A stretch of 63,001 nucleotides of DNA, filler included, from Barthelona sp. PAP020 (lineage: Eukaryota), in the NCBI GenBank assembly GCA_040182905.1. It is 2 parts of 2 records of this genome, joined end to end, with 100 filler letters (N's around TTAATTAATTAA, not from the genome) between each part and the next. Parts side by side here need not be neighbours in the genome. Positions count along the whole stretch, not along the records: positions 31,535 to 63,001 come from JARQWU010000108.1; 1 more part is not named here. One strand, written 5' to 3'. The translations under genes and the position numbers were made by a program. Positions 33,191-42,908 of this stretch are shown here, piece after piece (the stretch's first letter is position 1; each line of letters opens with the position of its first letter). The notes under the pieces are model-generated. The model had not been told where the DNA came from, made no database searches, and worked only from the letters and a program-made list of their open reading frames with translations.

Positions 33191-36100
33191 ATGGAATTGA
33201 ATTATTTGAGCGATTTGAATAAGTTTGATCAAATTTTTTTGGATCAGTTGAATTGTTCAAAATATGAAAATGGAGTTCTTGGATTAGTTGAAGCTTTTCG
33301 AAAAAAATTGAATGAATATTCCCTTTCCACACCTCAATGGCATAATTTTTTATTTTGTGATGAAATTGGATATTCCTTCGAGATTAAGTTTGATAACTTA
33401 CAGAAAATGGCTGATATTCTTATTCGAGCATATTCTGCCATTATTTTGGGTGAATCTATGATTAATAATGAGGAATTAAAAGGTATTGTTTTGGTTTTAA
33501 ATGATGACATGTCAAGACTACATACTGCTGAAATTGCTGTGGTTTCTGATTTTTTGGAAATTCCTTGTCATATTTTTTGTCCCACAAATATAGATTTTGT
33601 TTCTTTACATCAAGTAACTATTGCGGCTCAATTGGAAAATGTAGAGTTGCATGCTGTTGACTCTAATATACTAGATGTTGCAGTTCATTCTTTTTGTATT
33701 ACCAATTCGTTCCATAGAATTGAAAATTCGAAGATTCCTTTTTATGCCACTCTTGGGTTGATGACATGTGCAGCGGAAATAGCTACCACTAATCCAGATG
33801 TTGTTATTGTTCCCATTCGTGGTTCTTCTCCTTCATGGTCAACTTATTTTGCATTTTCTTATTATTTCCAACATTTGGATCAAAAGCCTGAGGTCATTCT
33901 GACCCATATGGAAACTCTTCCCCAGTTTAATGTTTGGGATGATGGTTTAGGCATTTCTGTTTGGTTATTGAACAGATTGCCTGAAAGTAGTCCAGCTGGA
34001 GTCTTTTTAACATTGGATGTTGATCAATCTGGTTGGCTTGAACAGACTGACGTGGACACTTATGTTTGTGAATTGTTTAAAAATGAAAAAATGACGGTAA
34101 CATGGCCAGGTGGCAGTCTTTCTCCTTCTCAATTTGTAAATCTTATTATTGAGCAAAAGAACTTGATTTCCAGTGCAGTTGCTAATTCTTTAATCAGTTG
34201 GGGAAACAAGGATTTGCTCCTGTCTGTTGGTTGGATTTCCCAGATCGTTTCTATCAGTAATAATGATACATTAGCTGCTTGGATAAAGTGCTTGTATTAC
34301 ACCCACTCTCATACAACCCTTTCGAGTGCCACTTCTTTAGCCGTTCTTTTTACGAACCGTTTGCCTAACCACAGAAATAAGCGTATTGTTTCTGTACTAA
34401 CAGGAGGTACTGTTGATATTGAGCATTTTCAGGAATTGTTAGGACGAGCCCTCGAATTGATTGGACAGAAGGGTGATATTGTATGTCATACCGTTCCAGA
34501 TGCTGCTGTAATGGCCCAAATATTTGATGTTCTTGCATCTGAAGGATTGAATGTTCTTGATTCAAGAAAAGTACCATCTCAACGTTCACCCAACCATATT
34601 AAAGTCATCTTTACCGTTTTTGGTTTGGATCGAACGGCTATCAATAGATCAGTTGATGAATTGAAGAAATTTACCCTACACAGTTATTCTAATGATGTGT
34701 CTAGGTTTTCTCCCCCTTTACAACCAAATATCAAATATGATGTTGATAAGAGCAAGGTAGAACCTTTCACCAATTTCCATCGTGACGTATGTGACATATC
34801 TTTGGAATCAATTGCCATGGCTCGCGATCGAATTTCTAAGAATTTATATGATGTGCCCATCTATAAATCTTCCATTTATTCAAGGGAAAAGAACGCTGAT
34901 GTGATATTTATGTTGGAGAATATTCAACAAACTGGTGCTTTCAAGATTCGTGGGTCTTCCAATTGTATAATGGTGAATGCTGAAAAGAATTCCAAAATTC
35001 CAGGAATCATTGCTTCTAGTGCTGGAAATCATGCCCAAGGTGTGGCTTATGCAGCCAAGAGTCTTCATATTCCTTGTACAATTGTATGTCCTACTTATGC
35101 CCCAGATACGAAGCTCTCCAATACTCGTCGTTATAATGCTGAAGTAATTAAGTACGGTTCCAGTTTTGGTGAAGCTGCAGCTTTTGCTAACGAATTGGCT
35201 GAAAAGCGTGGTTGGATGAAAGTTCATCCCTTTCAAGACCCTCTTGTTTTTGAAGGTCAAGGTACCATTGCACATGATTTATACAATGCTTATTCCGAAT
35301 TTGACACTGTTGTTGTTAATGTTGGTGGTGGTGGTATGATTTCGGGCATTGCTTTATATTTACGTAAGTTAGAGAAGAAAATTGGGCGTAAATTTAGAAT
35401 TATCGGTGTTCAAGCAGGCAATGTTGCTCCTCTTTGTGGAGATTTCACAAAAACCGGTAATCTCGACTATTATCCCCCAAAGGAACTCACTTTGGCAGAT
35501 GGCATCAACGTAAAATTACCGGGAGGTCCTTATCACAGCGCAATTTTGTATCATCTCATTGATGAGTTTGTTGCTGTTCCTGAAAACGAAATAGCTTCTA
35601 TGATCACTCACACATTATGTAGAACATGCACATTAACTGAAGGCGCAGGCGCTGTTGGACTTGCAGTGTTACATTATGATCACATTAAAACGAAACCTGG
35701 TGAAAAGGTTGCAGTCATTCTTTGTGGTGGTAACATTGATTTGTCTCATGTTATGACAACATATCCATTAGGTATTCGTACTATGGGTCGAGCTTTTACT
35801 ATTGAGGTTGAAGTTGGTGATACAAGAGGACAGCTTGGAACACTGTTGGATATTGCGAAGAAATTCTGTCTTTCAGTTGTTGACATCAATCATGTACGTA
35901 CAATGGATCACTGTTTGTGGAACAAGGTTAACATTCAGTTAACGTGTTATTCAGTAAACTTCAGAGCACAAGTTGGCTATCTTTGTGCTTTGTTGGAGGC
36001 TGGATACGATCCAAGAGTTATGGGTCGCAGACATATTGCCAATCATGAGGTTATTTATGCCCCTTTCGATCAAAAGAGAGAAGAAATGATGAAAAGTCAT

Positions 36101-36220
36101 AAGCTTCAATTGGAAGAAGAAATGGAGCACTTCAGAATCCAAGACAAGAAATTATTTGATCAAAATTCTCCTTTACCTGATGAATTGAAATTCTTAGAAG
36201 AGTTGTCAGTCAGAAAATAA
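33191..36220 (+). CDS. Tandem threonine/serine dehydratase: degenerate PALP with EF-hand insert + ACT, then active PALP + ACT
   Basis: C-half ENIQQTGAFKIRG, SSAGNHAQGVA, VGGGGMISG, TEGAG, LCGGNID; N-half aligns but lacks the PLP Lys; DVDQSGWLEQTD loop. Confidence 0.9.
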   Translation: MELNYLSDLNKFDQIFLDQLNCSKYENGVLGLVEAFRKKLNEYSLSTPQWHNFLFCDEIGYSFEIKFDNLQKMADILIRAYSAIILGESMINNEELKGIVLVLNDDMSRLHTAEIAVVSDFLEIPCHIFCPTNIDFVSLHQVTIAAQLENVELHAVDSNILDVAVHSFCITNSFHRIENSKIPFYATLGLMTCAAEIATTNPDVVIVPIRGSSPSWSTYFAFSYYFQHLDQKPEVILTHMETLPQFNVWDDGLGISVWLLNRLPESSPAGVFLTLDVDQSGWLEQTDVDTYVCELFKNEKMTVTWPGGSLSPSQFVNLIIEQKNLISSAVANSLISWGNKDLLLSVGWISQIVSISNNDTLAAWIKCLYYTHSHTTLSSATSLAVLFTNRLPNHRNKRIVSVLTGGTVDIEHFQELLGRALELIGQKGDIVCHTVPDAAVMAQIFDVLASEGLNVLDSRKVPSQRSPNHIKVIFTVFGLDRTAINRSVDELKKFTLHSYSNDVSRFSPPLQPNIKYDVDKSKVEPFTNFHRDVCDISLESIAMARDRISKNLYDVPIYKSSIYSREKNADVIFMLENIQQTGAFKIRGSSNCIMVNAEKNSKIPGIIASSAGNHAQGVAYAAKSLHIPCTIVCPTYAPDTKLSNTRRYNAEVIKYGSSFGEAAAFANELAEKRGWMKVHPFQDPLVFEGQGTIAHDLYNAYSEFDTVVVNVGGGGMISGIALYLRKLEKKIGRKFRIIGVQAGNVAPLCGDFTKTGNLDYYPPKELTLADGINVKLPGGPYHSAILYHLIDEFVAVPENEIASMITHTLCRTCTLTEGAGAVGLAVLHYDHIKTKPGEKVAVILCGGNIDLSHVMTTYPLGIRTMGRAFTIEVEVGDTRGQLGTLLDIAKKFCLSVVDINHVRTMDHCLWNKVNIQLTCYSVNFRAQVGYLCALLEAGYDPRVMGRRHIANHEVIYAPFDQKREEMMKSHKLQLEEEMEHFRIQDKKLFDQNSPLPDELKFLEELSVRK

Positions 36221-36373
36221 ATTATCAATTCTTTGTTATTGTTTCCAATTTTTTGTGTAAAAAATGGATTAGTTATTAAAAATTTAAAAAGTTTCAGTAT
36301 TTTGGGAAATATTCTTTTAAATATTTATCAATTTGGGGAGAATGGAGAAAGAAATTAATCATTCAGTTTTTTG

Positions 36374-37570
36374 ATGCCAAATCTTTTTATCAAACAAGCA
36401 AATGATAATAATTCCATCGTAACGATTAAAAATGTGTCAAATTTGTTAAAAACTGTTGTATTTGGGATAGATTCATTTTCGTCTACTTCTAATACATCTG
36501 ATGTTGCTTCAAATATCCCTACATCAACAATTTTATCGATTAATAAGGATGATATGAATGATAATAGACTTTTTAGACAAAGTATTGACAACATAAAATT
36601 TGACAATCCAAAATATAAGAATTTACAGCCGTTTGGTTTTAACCAAGATAGTTTAACGTTTATAGGAGGTGTACATTTGATGGATAAAATAGAATTAGAT
36701 GATTTTTTAAGTTCATTGACCTTGAGCAAAGTTGATATTCCAAAGGATGATTTCCATCAAATTTTATTTGATGAAAGTAAATTAATTTTTTCAACAATAG
36801 CTGATTTACCGTTAAAACAAGTGATTCCAAATATATATGATGAAACTAAAAAGAAAACACAGATTAACATACCTCGTTTGCATCCAAAGATAGTTGGAAT
36901 CATTGACGATGATTTTGAAGCAATAGAAAATTTTTGCGTTGATATTAATGAGTCTTCTTGTGATATTGATAATGAAATTCTGCTGGAATTATTGCAAGAA
37001 ATTGAATTGAGAAAAAAGCAGGGTGATTTTTATGGATTTGGAATATTTACTTTGATGGAACCTCATTCGATTGTTGTTTGTGAACTATTACGAATATTGT
37101 TGGGTGAAGGAAGTGAATTCATGAGTGGAGGTCCTCAAGGAATTGATACTCCATTATTCTCTGTCTTGGCATTTTTTCCAGAAATAAACAGCATAAAAAC
37201 ACATTTAATGAATTCGAGGGATAATCAAATCTTGGGTATCACAGTTCAATTCAACAATAAAGATAATAACTTCAATCATAATCAATTATTGAACATTTTG
37301 GAATATTTTTCAGAAAATTTAACTGAATCCAAACTGATCTCGGCAAAAAACCAACTGAAAACAAAATGGTTGGAACCTTTGACGCAAAGTCAAATTTTTT
37401 TGATGTCAAATATGCAAGATCGGTATTTTAACACAAATTGGTCTTCAACTGATGAATTAATTCAGAACATTGATTCGATAGAATTAAATGATGTAAAGAT
37501 GCTTTTAAAACTTATCTGTTCGAAAAATATTGTACTTTTAGGCAAACAAACTGTTAATTGTAATAATTAG
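36374..37570 (+). CDS. Highly divergent M16-family protein, alpha-MPP-like
   Basis: LLGEGSEFMSGGPQG resembles the alpha-MPP glycine-rich loop LLGGGxSFSAGGPGKG; LISAKNQLK; IQNIDSIELNDVK. Confidence 0.65.
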   Translation: MPNLFIKQANDNNSIVTIKNVSNLLKTVVFGIDSFSSTSNTSDVASNIPTSTILSINKDDMNDNRLFRQSIDNIKFDNPKYKNLQPFGFNQDSLTFIGGVHLMDKIELDDFLSSLTLSKVDIPKDDFHQILFDESKLIFSTIADLPLKQVIPNIYDETKKKTQINIPRLHPKIVGIIDDDFEAIENFCVDINESSCDIDNEILLELLQEIELRKKQGDFYGFGIFTLMEPHSIVVCELLRILLGEGSEFMSGGPQGIDTPLFSVLAFFPEINSIKTHLMNSRDNQILGITVQFNNKDNNFNHNQLLNILEYFSENLTESKLISAKNQLKTKWLEPLTQSQIFLMSNMQDRYFNTNWSSTDELIQNIDSIELNDVKMLLKLICSKNIVLLGKQTVNCNN

Positions 37571-37665
37571 ACACTTTAAAAATCCATTGGGTGAAAGACT
37601 TTGTAAATAAAAAAATCTTTTTTTTTCAACTTCAATAATCAGTTGATTTTTATTAGTTGTTTGAA

Positions 37666-38385
37666 ATGATTCAAAAAAGAGGTTTATTTAGAATATTTGC
37701 ATCTTTGACATTGATATTTACATTGGTTTATGGGGATGCAAATCAAGAATTTTGTTCAAATTATCCTTTTGATGATTTGAAAGTAAATTCATTGACTTTT
37801 AATGCAAATGGGATGAATTATGAATTTTCTTTCAATATTTGTGGTGGTACAGCAACTTGTGGTTCACATATATGTTTTAGATCCGGTAATAATGCTTGGA
37901 ATTCCTTAGGTGATTCATTTGAGGTTGTGAATAATGGTTTTGATCCTGTTATTAAATATTTAAAAGGTGACCAATGTTTTAACATGACTGCCAGTGCCAC
38001 TTCAAAATATGGTTCAAAAATCAATTTTCATTGTGATCCTCAAGCTAAAAATTCTGGAAAGATTCAATTAAAAACACCAAAATTTGGAACATGCAATGGA
38101 GCTGGCGATTCAATTTTTGAATTTGATTGGTCTTTGGACAAGGTATGCATTGATGAAAGTAGTTGGGGTTCTTTCTTTTTAATTGTTTTGGTAGTTGCTA
38201 TGGGTCTTTATTTCGGTGGTGGAATGGGATATAATTTTTACAAAGGAAAGACTGGTATTGAGATGGTTCCTCAACATGAGTTTTGGCTTGAATTACCTGG
38301 GTTAGTTATTGATGGTGCCAAATGGTTAATTTCAAAAGTTAATACCAAGAAACCTTCACGTTCTGAAGGTTATGAATCCCTTTAA
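37666..38385 (+). CDS. Mannose-6-phosphate receptor/ATG27-like type I membrane protein
   Basis: Signal peptide, Cys-rich MRH (FNICG, INFHCD, FDW), TM, GIEMVPQHEFWLELPGLVIDG, YESL sorting motif. Confidence 0.85.
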   Translation: MIQKRGLFRIFASLTLIFTLVYGDANQEFCSNYPFDDLKVNSLTFNANGMNYEFSFNICGGTATCGSHICFRSGNNAWNSLGDSFEVVNNGFDPVIKYLKGDQCFNMTASATSKYGSKINFHCDPQAKNSGKIQLKTPKFGTCNGAGDSIFEFDWSLDKVCIDESSWGSFFLIVLVVAMGLYFGGGMGYNFYKGKTGIEMVPQHEFWLELPGLVIDGAKWLISKVNTKKPSRSEGYESL

Positions 38386-38437
38386 AAAAATAAGTTAGGA
38401 AACATTTATTAGCTTTGTAAATCATTCATTTGTTTAT

Positions 38438-39112
38438 TTATCTTTCAAAAGAATTATCAAAGTGAAAATTGACAGGTTTAGATTTTTTCAAAATATGTCG
38501 AGAATTGAGAAAATCGTTTGTCATTGCTCTATTTGTAGCATCTTCCATATTAAGCCCGAAAGCTTTCATATGTCTTTGAATAACTCTTTGGGTAGAGATA
38601 TTCAAATCACAGTCAATGAAGCATTCATCATCAAAAAAAGATGAAAGTTGATTCCATGTGTCGTCTGTGAGAAATAAGTAATTTCCCTCGACAATTACAA
38701 CATGAGATCCATTTTTTTTCTCAATACAAATAGCATCTGGTTGTGGATCACCAATTTTATGATCAAAATCAGGAAAATAATATGGAGTTTTGTCAAAAGA
38801 ATGTAAATCCCTGATTTTATCAACAAAAAGATTTGAATCAAAAGTAAATGCTGCTCCTCTACGTTTATGTGCTAATATGGGATCTTCAAATTGATTTAAT
38901 TCATTTTTACTGTAATGAAATCCATCCATAGGTAATAAATCACACCAAACATTTTTAGATTCCAAATCTTTTTGTAATTCTTTGGCTATTGTTGATTTTC
39001 CAGATCCAGGACAACCACCAATTGCAAAAATAAATGGTCTTTCATTGTTTTGAACATGATCTTTCAATTGATTAATTATTCGATTTGTAATATTTTCTAT
39101 CGATATTTGCAT
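38438..39112 (-). CDS. P-loop kinase, YFH7/YggC (pantothenate/uridine kinase-like) family
   Basis: GCPGSGKST, PMDGFH, RRGAAFTFD, FDHKIGDP, VEGNYL. Confidence 0.88.
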   Translation of the reverse strand: MQISIENITNRIINQLKDHVQNNERPFIFAIGGCPGSGKSTIAKELQKDLESKNVWCDLLPMDGFHYSKNELNQFEDPILAHKRRGAAFTFDSNLFVDKIRDLHSFDKTPYYFPDFDHKIGDPQPDAICIEKKNGSHVVIVEGNYLFLTDDTWNQLSSFFDDECFIDCDLNISTQRVIQRHMKAFGLNMEDATNRAMTNDFLNSRHILKKSKPVNFHFDNSFER

Positions 39113-39326
39113 GATTACATCAAAAAAAACATGAGTGACAAATAACAACAATTTTGAACTATGGTAAATTTCTTTTGAAAGGAAATGAATAATCAAGATG
39201 TTCTAAAACCACATCCTAATTAATTTATATTTATGATAAAGAATGTTGTAGATGATTAAATAAGCTTTTCTTTTCTTTTCAATGAGAAAAATAAAGGAGA
39301 AAATAATTTTACAAATGCTGATGTTT

Positions 39327-41102
39327 TTATGAGGTTTTTTCACATCGTTCACATCGCCCTAATTCTTCTAATGGAATTCCTTGTTCTTTTTCGTTTAAAA
39401 CCTCATTTTCTCCCAATGAAACTGCAACCACATATTTTTGTTTTAAAATATTCATATCATAAATTCCGTGTCTACATTGTAATTCTTCCCGAGGACTAAC
39501 ATCTAAACAGCATTGAGGAAACATGTTTTTCATCATGAAGGTTGAACTGACAAGATAATCAGTATATTTTCGATTGTTTACTGAATAATTCCCTCGCATT
39601 TGACTGATTGGAATGAATGTATCATAAGACAATTTTGGATACCGTTCATAAAATAGCAAATAAGCTTCTTGTTCCAAAACTGTATCTAATCCACATGGAA
39701 AGACTTGTTCATCATCAAAAAGATAGAATTCATCAGAATAAAGGTTACTACGAGAATAAGTGACATAATGACCATTGTCATGAGTTCCAGCGTGAACAAT
39801 AATTGATTTTAAATAAAAAGAAAGATCAAAAGGATTCGTTGAGGAAATTTCATTCTGGAAATATTTTGATAAGTTCAAATTTTCAGGAAATATACATTTG
39901 TTTTGAATTTTTGAAAAATCGTTCTTGAATCGTTTCAGGTAAACAATAATTGTTGTAGGCAAAGAAACTTCATTAGAAATTTGCTTGATTTCAAGGGCTT
40001 TGATATTCTTTTGACATTTTGGACAAAACCAATCATGTTTTTCAGGTTCGAAAAATGCATCCAGAAGTTCAAGGAGATTTATTTCATCGATTCCCTTAAA
40101 GAAAGAAAAAATAGACTTATTGATGACGTTTGGTGGAAAACAAAGGGGCAAATGATTCAATTTTTCCAGTGTTTCTTCCATGTATCCACATTTGGAGCAT
40201 TGAAGGCTTTTTTTAACGAAAAGATTAAACATTGCATGAATAGGTGAGATCTTGAAACGAAAACACATTTCCAAGGCGTTAAAAAAAGCTAGTAAAAATT
40301 CATGGGCATCTTCTTGACGAGACTCTTGCAAACTCATTGGTTGCAATTGTTTTAAATATTTGAAGAAAGTTTTCAAATTATAAGGCTCTTTGTTTTTTAG
40401 ATTGTTGCGTAATTTGTGAAAAACGATGTTGAGCTCTTCCAGAAATCGACGTTCCTTTCTACAATTTTTAAAGTTCGCAAAAGACGTTAACAGATACTCC
40501 AAATCAATTTGTTGAAAAAAGTCAAACAAATGAGAATTGACAAGACATTGCAAACAACTGTTGGCATAACACACCTGCGCATAATTCAGCAAACCATTTG
40601 AATTGCTTCTGCTTCGGGTAAGTGTTGGGTAAAACAATTGGTGTAACAATTTATGAAGTCTTTCGTGCTTCAATTCAAAGTCATATTCTGTAAAGCATTC
40701 ACATTGAACACAATAGTATTCTCTCAAGTTTAAAGATATCCAAAAATTGTGATCTTGTTGATCCAAAGAATTTGAAGAAAGGATGTGTTTGGCAACACAG
40801 AAATTTAAATGATCTTTGCAATAATAATCAAGGGTCAAAGTATGATTATTGTTAGAGGTGGGGTCATCATTGATTGAAGTTGAAGAATTTTCATTTTTTA
40901 AAGTTAAACATAAACAAGTCAATAGGTCATTCTTTTGATTACATTCATTACATTTGATTTTCTTTGAATTGTTGTTAAAATTAGCTGTTTTGGAATTTTT
41001 CAAATCATTCAGTGTTGTTTCAATTTTGGTTGATAATTCTTCAAGGAATATTTCGTTAATATGATTGCAACAGGTTTTTCGTTGAGTATTTTTTAATTTC
41101 AT
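39327..41102 (-). CDS. Ubiquitin-specific protease with ZnF-UBP
   Basis: Cys box GLLNYAQVCYANSCLQCL, QEDAHEFL, His box HAGTHDNGHY, FDDE; N-terminal C/H zinc finger. Confidence 0.92.
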   Translation of the reverse strand: MKLKNTQRKTCCNHINEIFLEELSTKIETTLNDLKNSKTANFNNNSKKIKCNECNQKNDLLTCLCLTLKNENSSTSINDDPTSNNNHTLTLDYYCKDHLNFCVAKHILSSNSLDQQDHNFWISLNLREYYCVQCECFTEYDFELKHERLHKLLHQLFYPTLTRSRSNSNGLLNYAQVCYANSCLQCLVNSHLFDFFQQIDLEYLLTSFANFKNCRKERRFLEELNIVFHKLRNNLKNKEPYNLKTFFKYLKQLQPMSLQESRQEDAHEFLLAFFNALEMCFRFKISPIHAMFNLFVKKSLQCSKCGYMEETLEKLNHLPLCFPPNVINKSIFSFFKGIDEINLLELLDAFFEPEKHDWFCPKCQKNIKALEIKQISNEVSLPTTIIVYLKRFKNDFSKIQNKCIFPENLNLSKYFQNEISSTNPFDLSFYLKSIIVHAGTHDNGHYVTYSRSNLYSDEFYLFDDEQVFPCGLDTVLEQEAYLLFYERYPKLSYDTFIPISQMRGNYSVNNRKYTDYLVSSTFMMKNMFPQCCLDVSPREELQCRHGIYDMNILKQKYVVAVSLGENEVLNEKEQGIPLEELGRCERCEKTS

Positions 41103-41331
41103 TCGTGCATCATTTCAATAAAAAAATGGTCTTTTGAAGAAAATGGTAAAAAAGATCTTTTGAACATTCTGATTTTTCGTTTTTAATTGTGGTATTCAAG
41201 CTGTTCAAATGGTAATTTCTTTTGATTTTTTACATGTGAAATCTTTACTTTTTAAAAAAATGAAAAATTATAAAAAAAAGGCATAAGCATAAAAAATTCT
41301 ATTTACTTATATATTTATTGTTTTAAACTAA

Positions 41332-42747
41332 TCAATGGTTCTTCCTTGAATACATTAATAAGAAAGAGTCCCCTCTATTTTTGGCTTTGTCTAATTCACA
41401 TATTTTTTCTCCATCAACATGATAAACAACTATGTCTGAATTAATCTTACGAACGCTTTGCACATAGTAATGACCACGATTAACTTGTGTGCCAACATGG
41501 TAAATGGCACTGATCAAATCGTATTTCAAAGTATTGTTAGAAACCAAACATTCATCTCCAATGGTCAACTCCATTGGGACATCAATATTTGTTTGATTTT
41601 TTTTTATACAACCTTCAAAACGATCGTAATACAGTCTATTCAAGCAAATGATAAGAACAAGGGGTAAACTGTTGATCAGATTTTGGGTGTTTGATTGTTG
41701 TTGAATGAATTGTTGAAAAGAGTCATAGATACTTCTCATTCCATTTGATACGTTTAATCTTAACATATAAAACGGCTCAATAGTCCTTTTAATCTTATTA
41801 TCTGAATGAAACAAAAATTGAGTAGACCCTTGAAACAATTTGCGAATGGGAGTATCTATATGATCCGCTGTTTCAAGATAATCAATATTCTTCAATTTCC
41901 AAGCACTCTTTGAACTATTTTCGGTGTTATCTTGAGGAATCAATTTAACGATCTCCTCATCTATCTTGCTTAATAGTGCATCTAGAAATTCAGCAGCATC
42001 TTGTTGACCCGCTGGTAATATTCTATAAAAATGCTCATTTGTAAGATTTTTTATATCATTTAGTGTGATATTATAAAGACTACCATTCCCAGTTTGCCAT
42101 TCCAAAAACACGAACAAACAGTGCAGAGTGGGACAATTTTTTTTCAAAAATCTCAAATATTCTGTTTGATTTCCTTCCTTTTCAAAAATCAAAAAAATTT
42201 CTTCCAACGTGTTTTGTAACAATGTTGAACATGACAGTGCTTGTAATATCACGTGAACATAACAATACGATCCAGGATTTTTCAAGCCTTTTATACTGCA
42301 AGTAATATACCGTTGTTGGTTCTTCACATATTTTGGAGACAGTTTGATAAAAGCCGATTGGATCTTTTGGGAAAAAACTTGATTGTAGTTAATGTTAACC
42401 TCGAAACCTCTTGGTTTGCCAAAAGTACACACAACATCCGTTATATCAGATATAACATCATTATGTTCATTTTCTTCAAATCGTTGTTCTTCATTAACAT
42501 TAGTTTTCTCCTTATTTTCTGTTGATGATGGATTTTTTTTTAAAATCGAAAGTCTTGACGCTAAACTGTTTTTATTATTCTTCGGCATGGGTGGAAATTC
42601 ACTTAAATCTAACCATTGTGGTCGAATACCATATAAATCAAATGGAAACTCCCAAACGTTCTTAACATAAACGCATTGAAAGTTTTCATCAAAGGAAATT
42701 ATTGAATCATCATTCAAACGAAGAGAAGTGTTGTCGTTTTCATTCAT
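41332..42747 (-). CDS. Ubiquitin-specific protease (USP10/Ubp3-like)
   Basis: GLKNPGSYCY, QQDAAEFL, TPIRKLFQG, YHVG...GHYY. Confidence 0.85.
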   Translation of the reverse strand: MNENDNTSLRLNDDSIISFDENFQCVYVKNVWEFPFDLYGIRPQWLDLSEFPPMPKNNKNSLASRLSILKKNPSSTENKEKTNVNEEQRFEENEHNDVISDITDVVCTFGKPRGFEVNINYNQVFSQKIQSAFIKLSPKYVKNQQRYITCSIKGLKNPGSYCYVHVILQALSCSTLLQNTLEEIFLIFEKEGNQTEYLRFLKKNCPTLHCLFVFLEWQTGNGSLYNITLNDIKNLTNEHFYRILPAGQQDAAEFLDALLSKIDEEIVKLIPQDNTENSSKSAWKLKNIDYLETADHIDTPIRKLFQGSTQFLFHSDNKIKRTIEPFYMLRLNVSNGMRSIYDSFQQFIQQQSNTQNLINSLPLVLIICLNRLYYDRFEGCIKKNQTNIDVPMELTIGDECLVSNNTLKYDLISAIYHVGTQVNRGHYYVQSVRKINSDIVVYHVDGEKICELDKAKNRGDSFLLMYSRKNH

Positions 42748-42908
42748 CAATCTTCAAAAAAAGAATTTAAAGAAAAAGTCAATTTTTACCCATCTGATCC
42801 TTTTAATTTTTAACATATTTGAGAAAAAATTTAACTGTTGTTTGACAACATTGAAAAAAAAAAAAATAAAAAATATTGATTTATTGAAACTAACTATTTA
42901 AAAAACAA

